Assembly: GCA_040954595.2 (NCBI GenBank)
Contig: CM082595.2
Span: 9,088,067 to 9,152,066 of the forward strand
DNA from: Balanoglossus misakiensis
Taxonomy: Eukaryota; Animalia; Hemichordata
Direction of reading: 5' to 3'
Length of the DNA stretch: 64,000 nucleotides
The translations under genes were made by a program, and so were the position numbers. A model generated the notes under the pieces. That model worked only from the letters and a program-made list of their open reading frames with translations, made no database searches and had not been told where the DNA came from. How positions within the stretch are numbered: position 1 is the stretch's first letter; every line of letters starts with the position of its first letter. This document shows, piece after piece, positions 1-13,548 of the stretch.

Positions 1-3000
1 TGGTTACTGTGTGCTCTGGTTAATGTTGACGCAAAGGTTGACCCCACCAAACACTCAAAATTAATGGGCAGCACACTGTCCACTATGGCCTGGTTACTGT
101 GTGCTCTGGTTAATGTTGACGCAAAGGTTGACCCCACCAAACACTCAAAATTAATGGGCAGAACACTGTCCACTACGGCCTGGTTACTGTGTGCTCTGGT
201 TAATGTTGACGCAAAGGTTGACCCCACCAAACACTCAAAATTAATGGGCAGCACACTGTCCACTATGGCCTGGTTACTGTGTGCTCTGGTTAATGTTGAC
301 GCAAAGGTTGACCCCACCAAACACTCAAAATTAATGGGCAGAACACTGTCCACTACGGCCTGGTTACTGTGTGCTCTGGTTAATGTTGACGCAAAGGTTG
401 ACCCCACCAAACACTCAAAATTAATGGGCAGAACACTGTCCACTATGGCCTGGTTACTGTGTGCTCTGGTTAATGTTGACGCAAAGGTTGACCCCACCAA
501 ACACTCAAAATTAATGGGCAGAACACTGTCCACTACGGCCTGGTTACTGTGTGCTCTGGTTAATGTTGATGCAAAGGTTGACCCCACCAAACACTCAAAA
601 TTAATGGGCAGAACACTGTCCACTACGGCCTGGTTACTGTGTGCTCTGGTTAATGTTGACGCAAAGGTTGACCCCACCAAACACTCAAAATTAATGGGCA
701 GAACACTGTCCACTACGGCCTGGTTACTGTGTGCTCTGGTTAATGTTGACGCAAAGGTTGACCCCACCAAACACTCAAAATTAATGGGCAGAACACTGTC
801 CACTACGGCCTGGTTACTGTGTGCTCTGGTTAATGTTGACGCAAAGGTTGACCCCACCAAACACTCAAAATTAATGGGCAGAACACTGTCCACTACGGCC
901 TGGTTACTGTGTGCTCTGGTTAATGTTGACGCAAAGGTTGACCCCACCAAACACTCAAAATTAATGGGCAGAACACTGTCCACTACGGCCTGGTTACTGT
1001 GTGCTCTGGTTAATGTTGACGCAAAGGTTGACCCCACCAAACACTCAAAATTAATGGGCAGCACACTGTCCACTATGGCCTGGTTACTGTGTGCTCTGGT
1101 TAATGTTGACGCAAAGGTTGACCCCACCAAACACTCAAAATTAATGGGCAGAACACTGTCCACTACGGCCTGGTTACTGTGTGCTCTGGTTAATGTTGAC
1201 GCAATGGTTGACCCCACCAAACACTCAAAATTAATGGGCAGAACACTGTCCACTATGGCCTGGTTACTGTGTGCTCTGGTTAATGTTGACGCAAAGGTTG
1301 ACCCCACCAAACACTCAAAATTAATGGGCAGAACACTGTCCACTACGGTCTGGTTACTGTGTGCTCTGGTTAATGTTGACGCAAAGGTTGACCCCACCAA
1401 ACACTCAAAATTAATGGGCAGAACACTGTCCACTATGGCCTGGTTACTGTGTGCTCTGGTTAATGTTGACGCAAAGGTTGACCCCACCAAACACTCAAAA
1501 TTAATGGGCAGAACACTGTCCACTATGGCCTGGTTACTGTGTGCTCTGGTTAATGTTGACGCAAAGGTTGACCCCACCAAACACTCAAAATTAATGGGCA
1601 GAACACTGTCCACTACGGCCTGGTTACTGTGTGCGCTGGTTAATGTTGACGCAAAGGTTGACCCCCACCAAACACTCAAAATTAATGGGCACGATACTGG
1701 CCACTCTGGCCTAGTTAATGTTGACGCAAAGGTTGACCCCACCAAACACTCAAAATTAATGGGCACGATACTGGCCACTCTGGCCTAGTTAATGTTGACG
1801 CAAAGGTTGACCCCACCAAACACTCAAAATTAATGGGCACGATACTGGCCACTCTGGCCTAGTTAATGTTGACGCAAAGGTTGACCCCACCAAACACTCA
1901 AAATTAATGGGCACGATACTGGCCACTCTGGCCTAGTTAATGTTGACGCAAAGGTTGACCCCACCAAACACTCAAAATTAATGGGCACGATACTGGCCAC
2001 TCTGGCCTAGTTAATGTTGACGCAAAGGTTGACCCCACCAAACACTCAAAATTAATGGGCAGAACACTGTCCACTACGGCCTGGTTACTGTGTGCTCTGG
2101 TTAATGTTGACGCAAAGGTTGACCCCACCAAACACTCAACATTAATGGGCAGAACACTGTCCACTCGACCTGGTTACTGTGTGCTCTGGTTAATGTTGAC
2201 GCAAAGGTTGACCCCACCAAACACTCAAAATTAATGGGGAGAACACTGTCCACTACGGCCTGGTTACTGTGTGCTCTGGTTAATGTTGACGCAAAGGTTG
2301 ACCCCACCAAACACTCAAAATTAATGGGCAGCACACTGTCCACTATGGCCTGGTTACTGTGTGCTCTGGTTAATGTTGACGCAAAGGTTGACCCCACCAA
2401 ACACTCAAAATTAATGGGCAGAACACTGTCCACTACGGCCTGGTTACTGTGTGCTCTGGTTAATGTTGACGCAAAGGTTGACCCCCATCAAACACTCAAA
2501 ATTAATGGGCACGATACTGGCCACTCTGGCCTGGTTACTGTGTGCTCTGGTTAATGTTGACGCAAAGGTTGACCCCACCAAACACTCAAAATTAATGGGC
2601 AGAACACTGTCCACTACGGCCTGGTTACTGTGTGCTCTGGTTAATGTTGACGCAAAGGTTGACCACACCAAACACTCAAAATTAATGGGCAGAACACTGT
2701 CCACTACGGCCTGGTTACTGTGTGCTCTGGTTAATGTTGACGCAAAGGTTGACCCCACCAAACACTCAAAATTAATGGGCAGAACACTGTCCACTATGGC
2801 CTGGTTACTGTGTGCTCTGGTTAATGTTGACGCAAAGGTTGACCCCACCAAACACTCAAAATTAATGGGCAGAACACTGTCCACTACGGCCTGGTTACTG
2901 TGTGCTCTGGTTAATGTTGACGCAAAGGTTGACCCCACCAAACACTCAAAATTAATGGGCAGCACACTGTCCACTATGGCCTGGTTACTGTGTGCTCTGG

Positions 3001-6000
3001 TTAATGTTGACGCAAAGGTTGACCCCACCAAACACTCAAAATTAATGGGCAGAACACTGTCCACTACAGCCTGGTTACTGTGTGCTCTGGTTAATGTTGA
3101 CGCAAAGGTTGACCCCACCAAACACTCAAAATTAATGGGCAGAACACTGTCCACTATGGCCTGGTTACTGTGTGCTCTGGTTAATGTTGACGCAAAGGTT
3201 GACCCCACCAAACACTTAAAATTAATGGGCAGAACACTGTCCACTACGGCCTGGTTACTGTGTGCTCTGGTTAATGTTGACGCAAAGGTTGACCCCACCA
3301 AACACTCAAAATTAATGGGCAGAACACTGTCCACTACGGCCTGGTTACTGTGTGCTCTGGTTAATGTTGACGCAAAGGTTGACCCCACCAAACACTCAAA
3401 ATTAATGGGCAGAACACTGTCCACTATGGCCTGGTTACTGTGTGCTCTGGTTAATGTTGACGCAAAGGTTGACCCCACCAAACACTCAAAATTAATGGGC
3501 AGCACACTGTCCACTATGGCCTGGTTACTGTGTGCTCTGGTTAATGTTGACGCAAAGGTTGACCCCACCAAACACTCAAAATTAATGGGCAGAACACTGT
3601 CCACTACGGCCTGGTTACTGTGTGCTCTGGTTAATGTTGACGCAAAGGTTGACCCCCACCAAACACTCAAAATTAATGGGCACGATACTGGCCACTCTGG
3701 CCTAGTTAATGTTGACGCAAAGGTTGACCCCACCAAACACTCAAAATTAATGGGCACGATACTGGCCACTCTGGCCTAGTTAATGTTGACGCAAAGGTTG
3801 ACCCCACCAAACACTCAAAATTAATGGGCACGATACTGGCCACTCTGGCCTAGTTAATGTTGACGCAAAGGTTGACCCCACCAAACACTCAAAATTAATG
3901 GGCACGATACTGGCCACTCTGGCCTAGTTAATGTTGACGCAAAGGTTGACCCCACCAAACACTCAAAATTAATGGGCACGATACTGGCCACTCTGGCCTA
4001 GTTAATGTTGACGCAAAGGTTGACCCCACCAAACACTCAAAATTAATGGGCACGATACTGGCCACTCTGGCCTAGTTAATGTTGACGCAAAGGTTGACCC
4101 CACCAAACACTCAAAATTAATGGGCAGAACACTGTCCACTACGGCCTGGTTACTGTGTGCTCTGGTTAATGTTGACGCAAAGGTTGACCCCACCAAACAC
4201 TCAAAATTAATGGGCAGAACACTGTCCACTACAGCCTGGTTACTGTGTGCTCTGGTTAATGTTGACGCAAAGGTTGACCCCACCAAACACTCAAAATTAA
4301 TGGGCAGAACACTGTCCACTATGGCCTGGTTACTGTGTGCTCTGGTTAATGTTGACGCAAAGGTTGACCCCACCAAACACTCAAAATTAATGGGCAGAAC
4401 ACTGTCCACTACGGCCTGGTTACTGTGTGCTCTGGTTAATGTTGACGCAAAGGTTGACCCCACCAAACACTTAAAATTAATGGGCAGAACACTGTCCACT
4501 ACGGCCTGGTTACTGTGTGCTCTGGTTAATGTTGACGCAAAGGTTGACCCCACCAAACACTCAAAATTAATGGGCAGAACACTGTCCACTACGGCCTGGT
4601 TACTGTGTGCTCTGGTTAATGTTGACGCAAAGGTTGACCCCACCAAACACTCAAAATTATTGGGCAGAACACTGTCCACTATGGCCTGGTTACTGTGTGC
4701 TCTGGTTAATGTTGACGCAAAGGTTGACCCCACCAAACACTCAAAATTAATGGGCAGCACACTGTCCACTATGGCCTGGTTACTGTGTGCTCTGGTTAAT
4801 GTTGACGCAAAGGTTGACCCCACCAAACACTCAAAATTAATGGGCAGAACACTGTCCACTACGGCCTGGTTACTGTGTGCTCTGGTTAATGTTGACGCAA
4901 AGGTTGACCCCCACCAAACACTCAAAATTAATGGGCACGATACTGGCCACTCTGGCCTAGTTAATGTTGACGCAAAGGTTGACCCCACCAAACACTCAAA
5001 ATTAATGGGCACGATACTGGCCACTCTGGCCTAGTTAATGTTGACGCAAAGGTTGACCCCACCAAACACTCAAAATTAATGGGCACGATACTGGCCACTC
5101 TGGCCTAGTTAATGTTGACGCAAAGGTTGACCCCACCAAACACTCAAAATTAATGGGCACGATACTGGCCACTCTGGCCTAGTTAATGTTGACGCAAAGG
5201 TTGACCCCACCAAACACTCAAAATTAATGGGCACGATACTGGCCACTCTGGCCTAGTTAATGTTGACGCAAAGGTTGACCCCACCAAACACTCAAAATTA
5301 ATGGGCACGATACTGGCCACTCTGGCCTAGTTAATGTTGATGCAAAGGTTGACCCCACCAAACACTCAAAATTAATGGGCAGAACACTGTCCACTACGGC
5401 CTGGTTACTGTGTGCTCTGGTTAATGTTGACGCAAAGGTTGACCCCACCAAACACTCAAAATTAATGGGCAGAACACTGTCCACTCGACCTGGTTACTGT
5501 GTGCTCTGGTTAATGTTGACGCAAAGGTTGACCCCCACCAAACACTCAAAATTAATGGGCACGATACTGGCCACTCTGGCCTAGTTAATGTTGACGCAAA
5601 GGTTGACCCCACCAAACACTCAAAATTAATGGGCACGATACTGGCCACTCTGGCCTAGTTAATGTTGACGCAAAGGTTGACCCCACCAAACACTCAAAAT
5701 TAATGGGCACGATACTGGCCACTCTGGCCTAGTTAATGTTGACGCAAAGGTTGACCCCACCAAACACTCAAAATTAATGGGCACGATACTGGCCACTCTG
5801 GCCTAGTTAATGTTGACGCAAAGGTTGACCCCACCAAACACTCAAAATTAATGGGCACGATACTGGCCACTCTGGCCTAGTTAATGTTGACGCAAAGGTT
5901 GACCCCACCAAACACTCAAAATTAATGGGCACGATACTGGCCACTCTGGCCTAGTTAATGTTGACGCAAAGGTTGACCCCACCAAACACTCAAAATTAAT

Positions 6001-9000
6001 GGGCACGATACTGGCCACTCTGGCCTAGTTAATGTTGACGCAAAGGTTGACCCCACCAAACACTCAAAATTAATGGGCACGATACTGGCCACTCTGGCCT
6101 AGTTAATGTTGACGCAAAGGTTGACCCCACCAAACACTCAAAATTAATGGGCAGAACACTGTCCACTACGGCCTGGTTACTGTGTGCTCTGGTTAATGTT
6201 GACGCAAAGGTTGACCCCACCAAACACTCAAAATTAATGGGCAGAACACTGTCCACTACGGCCTGGTTACTGTGTGCTCTGGTTAATGTTGACGCAAAGG
6301 TTGACCCCACCAAACACTCAAAATTAATGGGCAGAACACTGTCCACTACGGCCTGGTTACTGTGTGCTCTGGTTAATGTTGACGCAAAGGTTGACCCCAC
6401 CAAACACTCAAAATTAATGGGCAGAACACTGTCCACTACGGCCTGGTTACTGTGTGCTCTGGTTAATGTTGACGCAAAGGTTGACCCCACCAAACACCCA
6501 AAATTAATGGGCAGAACACTGTCCACTACGGCCTGGTTACTGTGTGCTCTGGTTAATGTTGACGCAAAGGTTGACACCACCAAACACTCAAAATTAATGG
6601 GCAGCACACTGTCCACTATGGCCTGGTTACTGTGTGCTCTGGTTAATGTTGACGCAAAGGTTGACCCCACCAAACACTCAAAATTAATGGGCAGAACACT
6701 GTCCACTACGGCCTGGTTACTGTGTGCTCTGGTTAATGTTGACGCAAAGGTTGACCCCCACCAAACACTCAAAATTAATGGGCACGATACTGGCCACTCT
6801 GGCCTAGTTAATGTTGACGCAAAGGTTGACCCCACCAAACACTCAAAATTAATGGGCACGATACTGGCCACTCTGGCCTAGTTAATGTTGACGCAAAGGT
6901 TGACCCCACCAAACACTCAAAATTAATGGGCACGATACTGGCCACTCTGGCCTAGTTAATGTTGACGCAAAGGTTGACCCCACCAAACACTCAAAATTAA
7001 TGGGCACGATACTGGCCACTCTGGCCTAGTTAATGTTGACGCAAAGGTTGACCCCACCAAACACTCAAAATTAATGGGCACGATACTGGCCACTCTGGCC
7101 TAGTTAATGTTGACGCAAAGGTTGACCCCACCAAACACTCAAAATTAATGGGCAGAACACTGTCCACTACGGCCTGGTTACTGTGTGCTCTGGTTAATGT
7201 TGACGCAAAGGTTGACCCCACCAAACACTCAAAATTAATGGGCAGAACACTGTCCACTCGACCTGGTTACTGTGTGCTCTGGTTAATGTTGACGCAAAGG
7301 TTGACCCCACCAAACACTCAAAATTAATGGGCAGAACACTGTCCACTACGGCCTGGTTACTGTGTGCTCTGGTTAATGTTGACGCAAAGGTTGACCCCAC
7401 CAAACACTCAAAATTAATGGGCAGCACACTGTCCACTATGGCCTGGTTACTGTGTGCTCTGGTTAATGTTGACGCAAAGGTTGACCCCACCAAACACTCA
7501 AAATTAATGGGCAGAACACTGTCCACTACGGCCTGGTTACTGTGTGCTCTGGTTAATGTTGACGCAAAGGTTGACCCCCATCAAACACTCAAAATTAATG
7601 GGCACGATACTGGCCACTCTGGCCTGGTTACTGTGTGCTCTGGTTAATGTTGACGCAAAGGTTGACCCCACCAAACACTCAAAATTAATGGGCAGAACAC
7701 TGTCCACTACGGCCTGGTTACTGTGTGCTCTGGTTAATGTTGACGCAAAGGTTGACCCCACCAAACACTCAAAATTAATGGGCAGAACACTGTCCACTAC
7801 GGCCTGGTTACTGTGTGCTCTGGTTAATGTTGACGCAAAGGTTGACCCCACCAAACACTCAAAATTAATGGGCAGAACACTGTCCACTATGGCCTGGTTA
7901 CTGTGTGCTCTGGTTAATGTTGACGCAAAGGTTGACCCCACCAAACACTCAAAATTAATGGGCAGAACACTGTCCACTACGGCCTGGTTACTGTGTGCTC
8001 TGGTTAATGTTGACGCAAAGGTTGACTCCACCAAACACTCAAAATTAATGGGCAGCACACTGTCCACTATGGCCTGGTTACTGTGTGCTCTGGTTAATGT
8101 TGACGCAAAGGTTGACCCCACCAAACACTCAAAATTAATGGGCAGAACACTGTCCACTACAGCCTGGTTACTGTGTGCTCTGGTTAATGTTGACGCAAAG
8201 GTTGACCCCACCAAACACTCAAAATTAATGGGCAGAACACTGTCCACTACGGCCTGGTTACTGTGTGCTCTGGTTAATGTTGACGCAAAGGTTGACCCCA
8301 CCAAACACTCAAAATTAATGGGCAGAACACTGTCCACTACGGCCTGGTTACTGTGTGCTCTGGTTAATGTTGACGCAAAGGTTGACCCCACCAAACACTC
8401 AAAATTAATGGGCAGAACACTGTCCACTACGGCCTGGTTACTGTGTGCTCTGGTTAATGTTGACGCAAAGGTTGACCCCACCAAACACTCAAAATTAATG
8501 GGCAGAACACTGTCCACTATGGCCTGGTTACTGTGTGCTCTGGTTAATGTTGACGCAAAGGTTGACCCCACCAAACACTCAAAATTAATGGGCAGCACAC
8601 TGTCCACTATGGCCTGGTTACTGTGTGCTCTGGTTAATGTTGACGCAAAGGTTGACCCCACCAAACACTCAAAATTAATGGGCAGAACACTGTCCACTAC
8701 GGCCTGGTTACTGTGTGCTCTGGTTTATGTTGACGCAAAGGTTGACCCCCACCAAACACTCAAAATTAATGGGCACGATACTGGCCACTCTGGCCTAGTT
8801 AATGTTGACGCAAAGGTTGACCCCACCAAACACTCAAAATTAATGGGCAAGATTCTGGCCACTCTGGCCTAGTTAATGTTGACGCAAAGGTTGACCCCAC
8901 CAAACACTCAAAATTAATGGGCATGATACTGGCCACTCTGGCCTAGTTAATGTTGACGCAAAGGTTGACCCCACCAAACACTCAAAATTAATGGGCACGA

Positions 9001-9478
9001 TACTGGCCACTCTGGCCTAGTTAATGTTGACGCAAAGGTTGACCCCACCAAACACTCAAAATTAATGGGCAGAACACTGTCCACTACGGCCTGGTTACTG
9101 TGTGCTCTGGTTAATGTTGACGCAAAGGTTGACCCCACCAAACACTCAAAATTAATGGGCAGAACACTGTCCACTACGGCCTGGTTACTGTGTGCTCTGG
9201 TTAATGTTGACGCAAAGGTTGACCCCACCAAACACCCAAAATTAATGGGCAGAACACTGTCCACTACGGCCTGGTTACTGTGTGCTCTGGTTAATGTTGA
9301 CGCAAAGGTTGACACCACCAAACACTCAAAATTAATGGGCAGCACACTGTCCACTATGGCCTGGTTACTGTGTGCTCTGGTTAATGTTGACGCAAAGGTT
9401 GACCCCACCAAACACTCAAAATTAATGGGCAGAACACTGTCCACTACGGCCTGGTTACTGTGTGCTCTGGTTAATGTT
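1..9478. repeat. Tandem satellite array of a 90-bp monomer (type A) interspersed with blocks of a 74-bp variant (type B); continues beyond the left edge
   Basis: Type A = TGGTTACTGTGTGCTCTGGTTAATGTTGACGCAAAGGTTGACCCCACCAAACACTCAAAATTAATGGGCAGAACACTGTCCACTACGGCC. Type B has ...GGGCACGATACTGGCCACTCTGGCCTAGTTAATG and lacks 16 bp. B blocks lie near 1660-2030, 3650-4090, 4905-5345, 5530-6120, 6755-7115 and 8745-9035. Confidence 0.98.
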
Positions 9479-9710
9479 AATGGTAGGTCGTGGCTGTCTC
9501 ATTTCAGGGATTTGTGGACTAAATGTCAATCTTTGTACTATTCGTACATGAAACTTTTCTTTCAAATACAACTTACAGACCAACATAGACAGTCATGCTT
9601 ATATAAGTATGACTATCTATTAAAGTAACATTCATATCATGATTGTTGTTTTACACTGTGTTTTCAAAGTAATTGTTGCAGTAAACCAATTGCCTTGCTT
9701 GGAAATATTA

Positions 9711-9818
9711 AAAGGGAAGTCCTGTCCAGCTGATTTATGCATAATTTCTACACAATGTTTTTTTCTGAAAGAATGACCTCAAAGCTACCCAATTATGTAG
9801 CTGAACCAGACTTCCCCT
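9711..9818. mobile_element. Short TTAA-flanked MITE (Kolobok-like); related partial copy at ~13335-13443
   Basis: TTAA-AAGGGAAGTC...GACTTCCCCT-TTAA; internal TGACCTCAAAGCTAC...AATTATGTAG is shared with 13390-13420. Confidence 0.6.
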
Positions 9819-10119
9819 TTAAATGCTACCAGTGAGCTTGTTTGTCTTTGTAAATACACTCAAGTATTAATCCCCTTTTTCTCAGAATTCAATGCATCTT
9901 CATGCCATGAGGTGAGAGGACACTTTTGTTAGCAGGAGGGAAACAAATCCAAAATAAATAATAACAGTGCAAAGTTGGTCTGCTGACTTTCTCCACATTT
10001 CATTATTGAATTACGGCAAAATTATGAAATCCAATTATGAAATTCAGCTTTTTGTCCACTTTTTGTTGCTGCAAATTCATTGCGGTATAAAGGTCAATAA
10101 TATGACAAATCTTGGTTAA

Positions 10120-10304
10120 AAGTATACAGTCACCTTCAATACACATTCCCATATATGGCTGAATGGCGTATTTGAGCATTCTAAAGAACATATGGTGGCG
10201 CCTGTTTTCCACGTGTGCCACCAAATGAAAATCTGTGATTGGCTAGATTTCAATTTTCCATGGTAACTATATATAGCTAATTTTCCATGGGTGATCATAT
10301 ACCT
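10120..10304. mobile_element. TTAA-flanked MITE (Kolobok-like); related end at 23897-24030
   Basis: TTAA-AAGTATACAGTCACC...GGTGATCATATACCT-TTAA; its right half is the reverse complement of 23897-24015. Confidence 0.65.
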
Positions 10305-10333
10305 TTAACTCTATAGTTTAACATGATACTTAC

Positions 10334-10519
10334 GAACACATGATTGGTTAAAAGTGTAGACATCATACATTGAGAGACCAGTTTCTCCAGGTGGCAGATA
10401 GAATCCACCTGTGCCGTTATTTGCATATAAGAGATAGCCTTCTTCACAGGAACATTGAAAACCACCTGCAGTGTTTTTACAAAGTTGATCACAAGAATGT
10501 GAAGCACATTCATTTATAT
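10334..10519 (-). CDS. uif-like exon, extended calcium-binding EGF (DINECASHSCDQLCKNTAGGFQCSCEEGYLLYANNGTGG...FNQSCV)
   Basis: ttgtag| and |gtaagt, 186 nt, phase 1-1; the long loop between C5 and C6 is characteristic of Uif (recalled). Confidence 0.92.
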
Positions 10520-10569
10520 CTACAAAGAAGGAACATGGATTGGATTAAAACAATGTACGTTCAGTAAAA

Positions 10570-10915
10570 TTGAAAGTATTGTCATTTCTTTTAATCGTGA
10601 ATTTTGGGATTATCTTGTGTACGTACAAGATGAATCTGTGATAAAATAAAGGCGTCACCTTGCTTGCTTTTGAAATACAAGGCCATTAATTTAGTTGATA
10701 ATAGAAGAAACCTGCTGACTCAGCATGGTTCACCAATGGTTTGTCTATGGACAAAAACCTTAAAGAAATTTATCTCAAAATAGAGCATTGTAATCACACA
10801 ATTTTATTTGACCAATGAATTTATATTTACTAGACTGAGCTATGTGTAAAATTTCGTGAAAATGACAATAGTAGAAGTTTGTTTTCTAGCAATTATCAAT
10901 GTAATCCTATGAGAA
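10570..10915. repeat. Dispersed repeat family; inverted copies at ~36430-36730 and partial ~11965-12110
   Basis: Shared blocks GTATTGTCATTTCTTTTAATCGTG, ACCAATGGTTTG.CTATGGA, TTATCTCAAAATAGA and GAGCTATGTGTAAAATTT. Confidence 0.7.
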
Positions 10916-11040
10916 AAAGACACCTGAGATTAAAAGGTCATTCCAAAAATTTATCCGGAATTCTGAAATAAGTTCGGAATGTGTTAAATGTGAAAATAGT
11001 GACTTGAAGTTATGTTGCAAGTGACTTGTTTATGTCTCAC

Positions 11041-11169
11041 CTTTGCATGCTGTTCCATTCACATCTGGTTCAAATCCCACCAAACATGCACACTGATAGT
11101 CACCATCTCTATTTTCACAGACTTGATTGATTCCACACCGTGCCACCAATGTACTACATTCATTGATAT
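11041..11169 (-). CDS. uif-like exon, calcium-binding EGF (DINECSTLVARCGINQVCENRDGDYQCACLVGFEPDVNGTACK)
   Basis: tttcag| and |gtgaga, 129 nt, phase 1-1; DINEC plus 6 Cys. Confidence 0.93.
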
Positions 11170-11646
11170 CTGAAATGTTATTCATCAAGATATGATCAAA
11201 ATCCTACAGGTCCGCTGGTAAATTCAGACCAACAAGTTTAGCTGGGAACCACCAGACCAACAGGAAATTTTCACAAACAAATTTTCGCGAACTATGCAAG
11301 AGCCAAAAAAAAAAGAAATTTTTGCGTAAAAAACTATTTTCAGTGATAACAATGTAGTGAAATACGAGAACATGAAAATTAATCGTCTCATAACAGTTTC
11401 TGCTTTTGATATCGCAAAAAATTTCTTTGTCGCGAAAATTTCCTGTTTTACAGTAATCAATGAAAAATAAAATTACGAAAATCATGAAATTTCTGACAGC
11501 CATAGATTTGCATGGCATGAACTGTATGTCCTATCAGCATGTAGTTTAGGTGACATTTATGATAAATAGTCAAATTACTGGAGTGATCGATTACGGTACC
11601 TCATAAGCAGACAACCACATGAAGACCAATCTTGATGTGAACTTAC

Positions 11647-11829
11647 CAATGCATGATGGTATTGCACTATTCCACTGTAAATCGGATTGACAAGTCAGGT
11701 AATCAGCACCATTTAATTCATAGCCAGCATTACAATAGAATGTGATGTTACTGCCCATATAATATGGTCCACTATCAGGGACAGCTTGTAGATGTGGGTC
11801 TGTTATGAGTATATCACTGCAGTTCAATC
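11647..11829 (-). CDS. uif-like exon, Sushi/CCP4 (LNCSDILITD...FYCNAGYELNG...CQSDLQWNSAIPSCI)
   Basis: ttgcag| and |gtaagt, 183 nt, phase 1-1. Confidence 0.92.
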
Positions 11830-12139
11830 CTGCAAGTAAAAAAAATAAAACACTATGTGGATGCAGACTTGATTGTGGTATATATATTGGGTATCTGTAT
11901 TCTGTCACAACTTTAACATTTTCACCCCAAGTTCCCACTATAAAAGTCCAGATACCATTGACTCCTTTTTTTCAATTATCGACTAAATTCATGACTCTGT
12001 ATTTCAAAAACAAGCGTGGTGACCCCTATATTTTATCACAAATTTTCATTATACATACATAGGATAATCCAAAAATTAACAATTAAAAGAAATGACCATA
12101 TTTTCAATTTTACTGAATGTACATCCTTAAATGACTTAC

Positions 12140-12322
12140 GTTGACAGTATCCTGGATCTCCAATCCATGATCCATCTTCACCACATGTAGAGACAGTGTA
12201 GCCAGTCAGACTGTAGCCAGATGGACATGAGTAGGCAACGGTTGTTCCAAAAATCAATGAATCACCATTAACAATTTCATATGATAAGTAGTTGTCTACA
12301 TTCGGTGGTGGACACTCGCGAG
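12140..12322 (-). CDS. uif-like exon, Sushi/CCP3 (ARECPPPNVD...YSCPSGYSLTG...CGEDGSWIGDPGYCQ)
   Basis: aacag| and |gtaagt, 183 nt, phase 1-1. Confidence 0.92.
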
Positions 12323-12620
12323 CTGTTTGGATAAGATGAACAGATAACATTACAAGTGTGTTAATACTAGGAAAATGGTTTAAAGGGACATGCAGTAACC
12401 CTCACAATCCTGCATATTTTCAAGTTACCAGTGTCTGGTTTAACATTCAGTGTGTAATGTCCCAATTAGACACCCATGTGGAATGTAGCAACCAGCACAA
12501 AGTGCCCCATCATAACGCTATGGAGAGAATTTCAACTTGAGTCAGTGATTTTTATGAAAACATGACAGTGAACACCCTGTGTTATACTTTGTTTTCAAAA
12601 CGACTCATCACACACTTTAA

Positions 12621-12920
12621 AGCCTCTAGAGCTGCCAAATTTCACAATTTTTTTCTTTTCCACAGTAAAACCTTTCAAATCTATGGTGATGCATACCACG
12701 ATAGCTAGCTGCATACTGTTTGTATGGAGGCTGATTTTAATAAAATGGGTACGGCACCTGTTTAATACATTGCACGTTTAAATTGCAATATACAGCCACA
12801 ATCAGGCATTGATGACATGTTCTTGTATCCCTATCAGTAAGCTTAATTATTTCAATGTACCAATCTACGTCGGAAAATAAAATCTGAAAATAAATGCAAA
12901 AAGTGGCAGCTCTAGTGGCT
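12621..12920. mobile_element. 300-bp MITE with TTAA TSD (Kolobok-like)
   Basis: TTAA|AGCCTCTAGAGCTGCCA...TGGCAGCTCTAGTGGCT|TTAA. Confidence 0.8.
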
Positions 12921-13023
12921 TTAAAGCACTGAAAGGTTCAGAGGACTAACATTTTTCTGAAAATCCGTCTCCTAAGTGTGCACTACAATGGCAGTTTAAT
13001 TGTTTTCAAAAATATCAACTTAC

Positions 13024-13203
13024 GCTCGCATTGGGGCACAAGTGGACCCCAGACACCATCTGCTTGGCATTCCAATGAAGACACATTATTTATAAACTGA
13101 TAGCCCTCAATGCATTGATAATAAGCAATGCCACCATACACTGTACTGGTAACATTGGTAAGAATTCCATTGCTGCACTCAGGGGGTCCACCACATGTTA
13201 TTC
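13024..13203 (-). CDS. uif-like exon, Sushi/CCP2 (ITCGGPPECSNG...YYQCIEGY...CQADGVWGPLVPQCE)
   Basis: tttag| and |gtaagt, 180 nt, phase 1-1; CCP Cys/Trp pattern. Confidence 0.9.
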
Positions 13204-13447
13204 CTAAAAAATAAACAACAAATTAGTGTCATTCAAGTTGTTGCTAACAATAGATTCAAGAGACAAATTAAGTCTCTCTCATCACTGCACTTTTTTCATT
13301 AATTATCTTGGATACAAGACACCAGGCTAGGCATATTTGCATAGCTGGTACGACTTATACACGGCGAAAATGTTTTTTTTTCCTGAAAGAGTGACCTCAA
13401 AGCTACAAAATTATGTAGATATCAGCTAGACCGGACATCCCCTTTAA

Positions 13448-13548
13448 CTACTGGATAACCGTCCGAGCATTGGAATGAGACAGAGACATCATACCTTCTA
13501 TCTCTGTACTGGTCACCACGCCCTCACTAATCACAATTTCGGGACAGT
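13448..13548 (-). pseudogene. uif-like Sushi/CCP1 exon remnant, frameshifted and truncated by a MITE
   Basis: DCPEIVISEGVVTST in one frame and DRRYDVSVSFQCSDGYPVV in a shifted frame, then a TTAA-AGGGG MITE terminus at 13447. Confidence 0.8.

Noticed and set aside
1-9478. CRISPR-like array, or a real repeat protein from the 300-570 aa ORFs
   Set aside because: There are no unique spacers or cas genes and the context is eukaryotic. The ORFs arise from a stop-free 90-bp monomer and are broken by the 74-bp units.
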